Assembly: GCA_016840855.1 (NCBI GenBank)
Contig: JAEORO010000086.1
Location: 1 to 19,514, forward strand
Reading direction: 5' to 3'
DNA: 19,514 bases
Source of the DNA: Candidatus Thorarchaeota archaeon
Lineage (GTDB): Archaea; Asgardarchaeota; Thorarchaeia; Thorarchaeales; Thorarchaeaceae
This document shows positions 17,046 through 19,514 of this stretch, one piece after another; positions within the stretch are counted from its first letter, which is position 1; every line of letters begins with the position of its first letter. The notes under the pieces are model-generated. The model saw only the letters and a program-made list of their open reading frames with translations. It was not told where the DNA came from and did no database searches. The translations under genes and the position numbers were made by a program.

Positions 17046-17951
17046 ATGCAGCTAGCCCCGGATATGGTTATTGGTTTAGCAATTGGATTACTGGGTTCAT
17101 CACTCTATGGCCTTTCAGTTGTTGCATACCGTTCGCAAGCCCGGGAAATCCATCCTATTGCAGTGAGCACTATCAAAATGTGGATTGCCTTACCTTTGAT
17201 GGTGGTCGTAACTCTTCTTTTACCTGGATTGGAGGCGGCATTTCTTCCACTAAGCTCAGTTCTCTTACTTTCTGCTTCTGTTCTTCTTGGTGCAGTTATA
17301 GCAGACACAATTTATCTATGGAGTCAGGCACGAATTGGGGTTTCTTACGCATTTCCAATTGCTATGTCTTTCCCCATCATTACATTCTTTATGACGGTAG
17401 GATTCCTTGGTGAAGATCTCATCCTATCTAGACTTGCTGGTGCTATAATCGCTGTCATTGGTGTTATTCTGATTTCAAATGAACAAAACCGAAATCAGAA
17501 ATCTCATGATCCGACCCTGAAACTAGATATAGCCGGCATTTTCGGGGCAATCATAACAGCCATACTTTACGCTGCTGGAACCACAATACTTCAGGTTGGT
17601 ATTGAGGGGGTTGATCCAATCGCTGGCAATCTAATTCGAATGGTAGTTGGTTCAATCGCATTTGTTCCTATGGTCGCTGTTGCGAGACTGGGTGGAATGT
17701 CTTTGCCTTCAAAACAAGCCACGATTCGAGTAGTTATAGCTGGATTCTTTGGAATGGGACTAGGATCATTGTTCTATGTCATGGCAGTAGCTATGATTGG
17801 AGCTACAATAATGTCAGTCATTGCATCAACAGCTCCACTCTTTGCAGTACCTGTTTCTGTTCTGATACTTAAGGAGAAAGTGACCTCTACTGCAGGAGTT
17901 GGAATCTTGGCTACTATTGTCGGTGTGAGTCTTGTTGTTTTAGGTATCTAG
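17046..17951 (+). CDS. EamA/DMT family transporter (about 10 TM, two repeats)
   Basis: Two repeats with IG.S.A..I....P and LGE/LKE.....G......G motifs. Start is ATG 17046 or GTG 17022. Confidence 0.9.
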   Translation: MQLAPDMVIGLAIGLLGSSLYGLSVVAYRSQAREIHPIAVSTIKMWIALPLMVVVTLLLPGLEAAFLPLSSVLLLSASVLLGAVIADTIYLWSQARIGVSYAFPIAMSFPIITFFMTVGFLGEDLILSRLAGAIIAVIGVILISNEQNRNQKSHDPTLKLDIAGIFGAIITAILYAAGTTILQVGIEGVDPIAGNLIRMVVGSIAFVPMVAVARLGGMSLPSKQATIRVVIAGFFGMGLGSLFYVMAVAMIGATIMSVIASTAPLFAVPVSVLILKEKVTSTAGVGILATIVGVSLVVLGI

Positions 17952-17952
17952 A

Positions 17953-18882
17953 TTATTGTGGCGCGTCGGTCAACGTTAAGTAGCTTTCAAAGACGTCATT
18001 ACTCCTTTGGAACCTTACCATGAGTTTGGTTCCGACCTTCTTACGCATCACTCTGCTTCTCAAGTCCTCCATTCCCGAAATATCCTCATTGTCAATTGCG
18101 ATGATTACATCCCCTGGTTGTAGTCCCATATCCTTCGCAGGTCCTATAGGAACTTCCATCAGAAGTGCTCCTTCATCTACATGTAGATTATAGTGAGCTG
18201 CCATACCTTTGTTCAGGGTAACACCCACGATTCCCATCCATGGAGTACGAACTGTTCCTGTTTGCACTAATTCATCGAAGATTGCTTTTAGTGAATTTAC
18301 TGCAATGGCAAAGCCAATACCTTGACTCCAAGGAATCATTGCAGTAGGAACTCCAATCAACCTGCCTGATGAATCGACAAGTGCACCGCCACTATTTCCA
18401 GGATTGATCTGGGCTGATGTTTGAATAAGTCCTTCAAGAAAGGACTCTTGACTCTGAATTGTTCTATCAATAGCACTGACCATGCCAAAGGTTACTGTTG
18501 ACCCAAGACCCAATGGATTACCTATAGCTATTGCAAGTTGTCCAACTTTTAGTTTTCCAGAATCCCCCATTTCGATGGGATTTAACTTCTGAGCCTCAAT
18601 CTTCAAAATAGCAAGGTCTCTTAGTTTAGATTGTCCAACCACGACTGCTTTGAATGTCCTTCCATCATATAGTGTTACATCCACATCTCTAGCTCCCTCA
18701 ATAACATGTGCATTTGTGACAATGAACCCTTTATCAGTTATAACAACCCCAGAGCCTTGTCCTTTGACTGGCACAACTTGAGAAAACTGTGTTCTTGCTA
18801 ATCTAGTGGTCGTAACACTGACCACACTAGGTACGACTTCATCTACTATCTCAATCATTTTCTTCTCAAGTTCTAGAAACAT
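17953..18882 (-). CDS. htrA: HtrA/DegP-family serine protease with one PDZ domain and no signal peptide or TM
   Basis: GSGV, TNAHV (His), DLA (Asp), IQTSAQINPGNSGG (Ser), and a PDZ with PWMGI and GLQPGDVI. Confidence 0.95.
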   Translation of the reverse strand: MFLELEKKMIEIVDEVVPSVVSVTTTRLARTQFSQVVPVKGQGSGVVITDKGFIVTNAHVIEGARDVDVTLYDGRTFKAVVVGQSKLRDLAILKIEAQKLNPIEMGDSGKLKVGQLAIAIGNPLGLGSTVTFGMVSAIDRTIQSQESFLEGLIQTSAQINPGNSGGALVDSSGRLIGVPTAMIPWSQGIGFAIAVNSLKAIFDELVQTGTVRTPWMGIVGVTLNKGMAAHYNLHVDEGALLMEVPIGPAKDMGLQPGDVIIAIDNEDISGMEDLRSRVMRKKVGTKLMVRFQRSNDVFESYLTLTDAPQ

Positions 18883-18895
18883 ATTGTTAACAATA
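18882..18895. promoter_or_regulatory. Perfect 14-bp palindrome TATTGTTAACAATA abutting the htrA start codon (candidate operator)
   Basis: Self-complementary; overlaps the first base of the ATG. A related GTTAACAA occurs at 18987-18994 before the divergent gene. Confidence 0.55.
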
Positions 18896-19009
18896 GTATA
18901 CAGAATATTAACTTGACTAAATGTGCCAGTATTGTCGAAAATGCTTTACGCCCTACCAGGGCACAAGACCTAATATCGTGTATAGGGTTAACAAAACAAG
19001 GCGAACTAT

Positions 19010-19514
19010 TTGATTGAATGGCTGAATATTGTAGTATTAGTTATATCTTCTATATTGTTTCTATACTTCTACATCAGAAGTGTGAGCCCAGCACAATTAG
19101 AGAAGAAGATTGGTGGGATTGCATATGCAAAATGCAAGACATATCGACTCATAGCAGGAGCATTTGAGAGCATTACTGTAGTAAATTATATCGTCTATTT
19201 CTTCTATCCACTACAAATCAATCTCCCACTAGTATTTCCTTGGGACTGGATGGCTTCGATTTTAATTGGAATCATAATTCTAATCCCAAGCATGTATCTC
19301 ATGGCAATCGGTATCAAAGATGCAGGGCTAGAAACACTTGAGCCAAGGAAAGAGCACACACTATATGGAGGCATATATGAAACAATCCGCCATCCTCAAG
19401 CTATTGGTGAGTCTGTAATTTGGTTTTCAATTGCATTTTTCCTTAACTCACCATTTCTCGCTCTCTATTCAATTGTCTGGATTCCAATCTTTTACATCAT
19501 GTGTATTGCGGAGG
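19010..19514 (+). CDS. ICMT/PEMT (Ste14-like) membrane methyltransferase, 3' truncated (absent from the ORF track)
   Basis: Manual translation from TTG 19010: MIEWLNIVVLVISS...HTLYGGIYETIRHPQAIGE...YIMCIAE. Has the G.Y..IRHP motif and several TMs; open to the window end. Confidence 0.88.
   Translation, partial: MIEWLNIVVLVISSILFLYFYIRSVSPAQLEKKIGGIAYAKCKTYRLIAGAFESITVVNYIVYFFYPLQINLPLVFPWDWMASILIGIIILIPSMYLMAIGIKDAGLETLEPRKEHTLYGGIYETIRHPQAIGESVIWFSIAFFLNSPFLALYSIVWIPIFYIMCIAE

Noticed and set aside
498-17308. Other short overlapping or antisense ORFs in the track (e.g. 3135..3380, 5102..5434, 8109..8513, 11487..11918, 16062..16409)
   Set aside because: They overlap well-supported genes in other frames and show no recognisable motifs.
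16976-17413. Cys/Ser-rich 145-aa ORF resembling a RiPP precursor
   Set aside because: It is an out-of-frame shadow of the hydrophobic EamA gene, which explains its composition, and it lacks an SD.
2134-19514. Small GTPase, Ste24-like M48 protease and ICMT-like methyltransferase as a proto-CAAX processing system
   Set aside because: The GTPase has no C-terminal Cys/CAAX, no prenyltransferase is visible, the genes are kilobases apart in separate units, and M48 and ICMT/PEMT families are widespread in prokaryotes.

Overview
Gene-dense prokaryotic window, almost certainly archaeal (GGTGA/GGAGGT Shine-Dalgarno motifs, TATA-like promoters, membrane-anchored Pro/Thr-linked solute-binding protein). 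It is probably Asgard (Thorarchaeia-like), inferred mainly from a Rab-like small GTPase. Contents in order: partial rubredoxin, polytopic membrane protein with an acidic tail, thioredoxin-fold protein, Rab-like GTPase, TldD/TldE(PmbA) pair, M48 (HtpX/Ste24-like) protease with a large EF-hand-containing insert, DHA2 MFS transporter, Pol-beta-fold nucleotidyltransferase, small orphan ORF, four-gene polar amino acid ABC importer, tandem pair of paralogous 2-TM proteins, three-gene ABC-2 exporter, EamA transporter, signal-less HtrA protease, partial ICMT/PEMT-family methyltransferase. No rRNA, tRNA, CRISPR or transposase was seen. The most notable signals lie outside the ORF track: (1) a ~150-nt leader of the ABC-2 exporter with an SD-led 8-codon uORF, mutually exclusive helices and an SD-occluding hairpin, resembling a translational attenuator or riboswitch; (2) probable ATT and CTG start codons in the amino acid ABC operon; (3) four helically phased TTGTATACA-like boxes upstream of the paralogous 2-TM pair. 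All assignments are by eye; no searches or folding programs were run.
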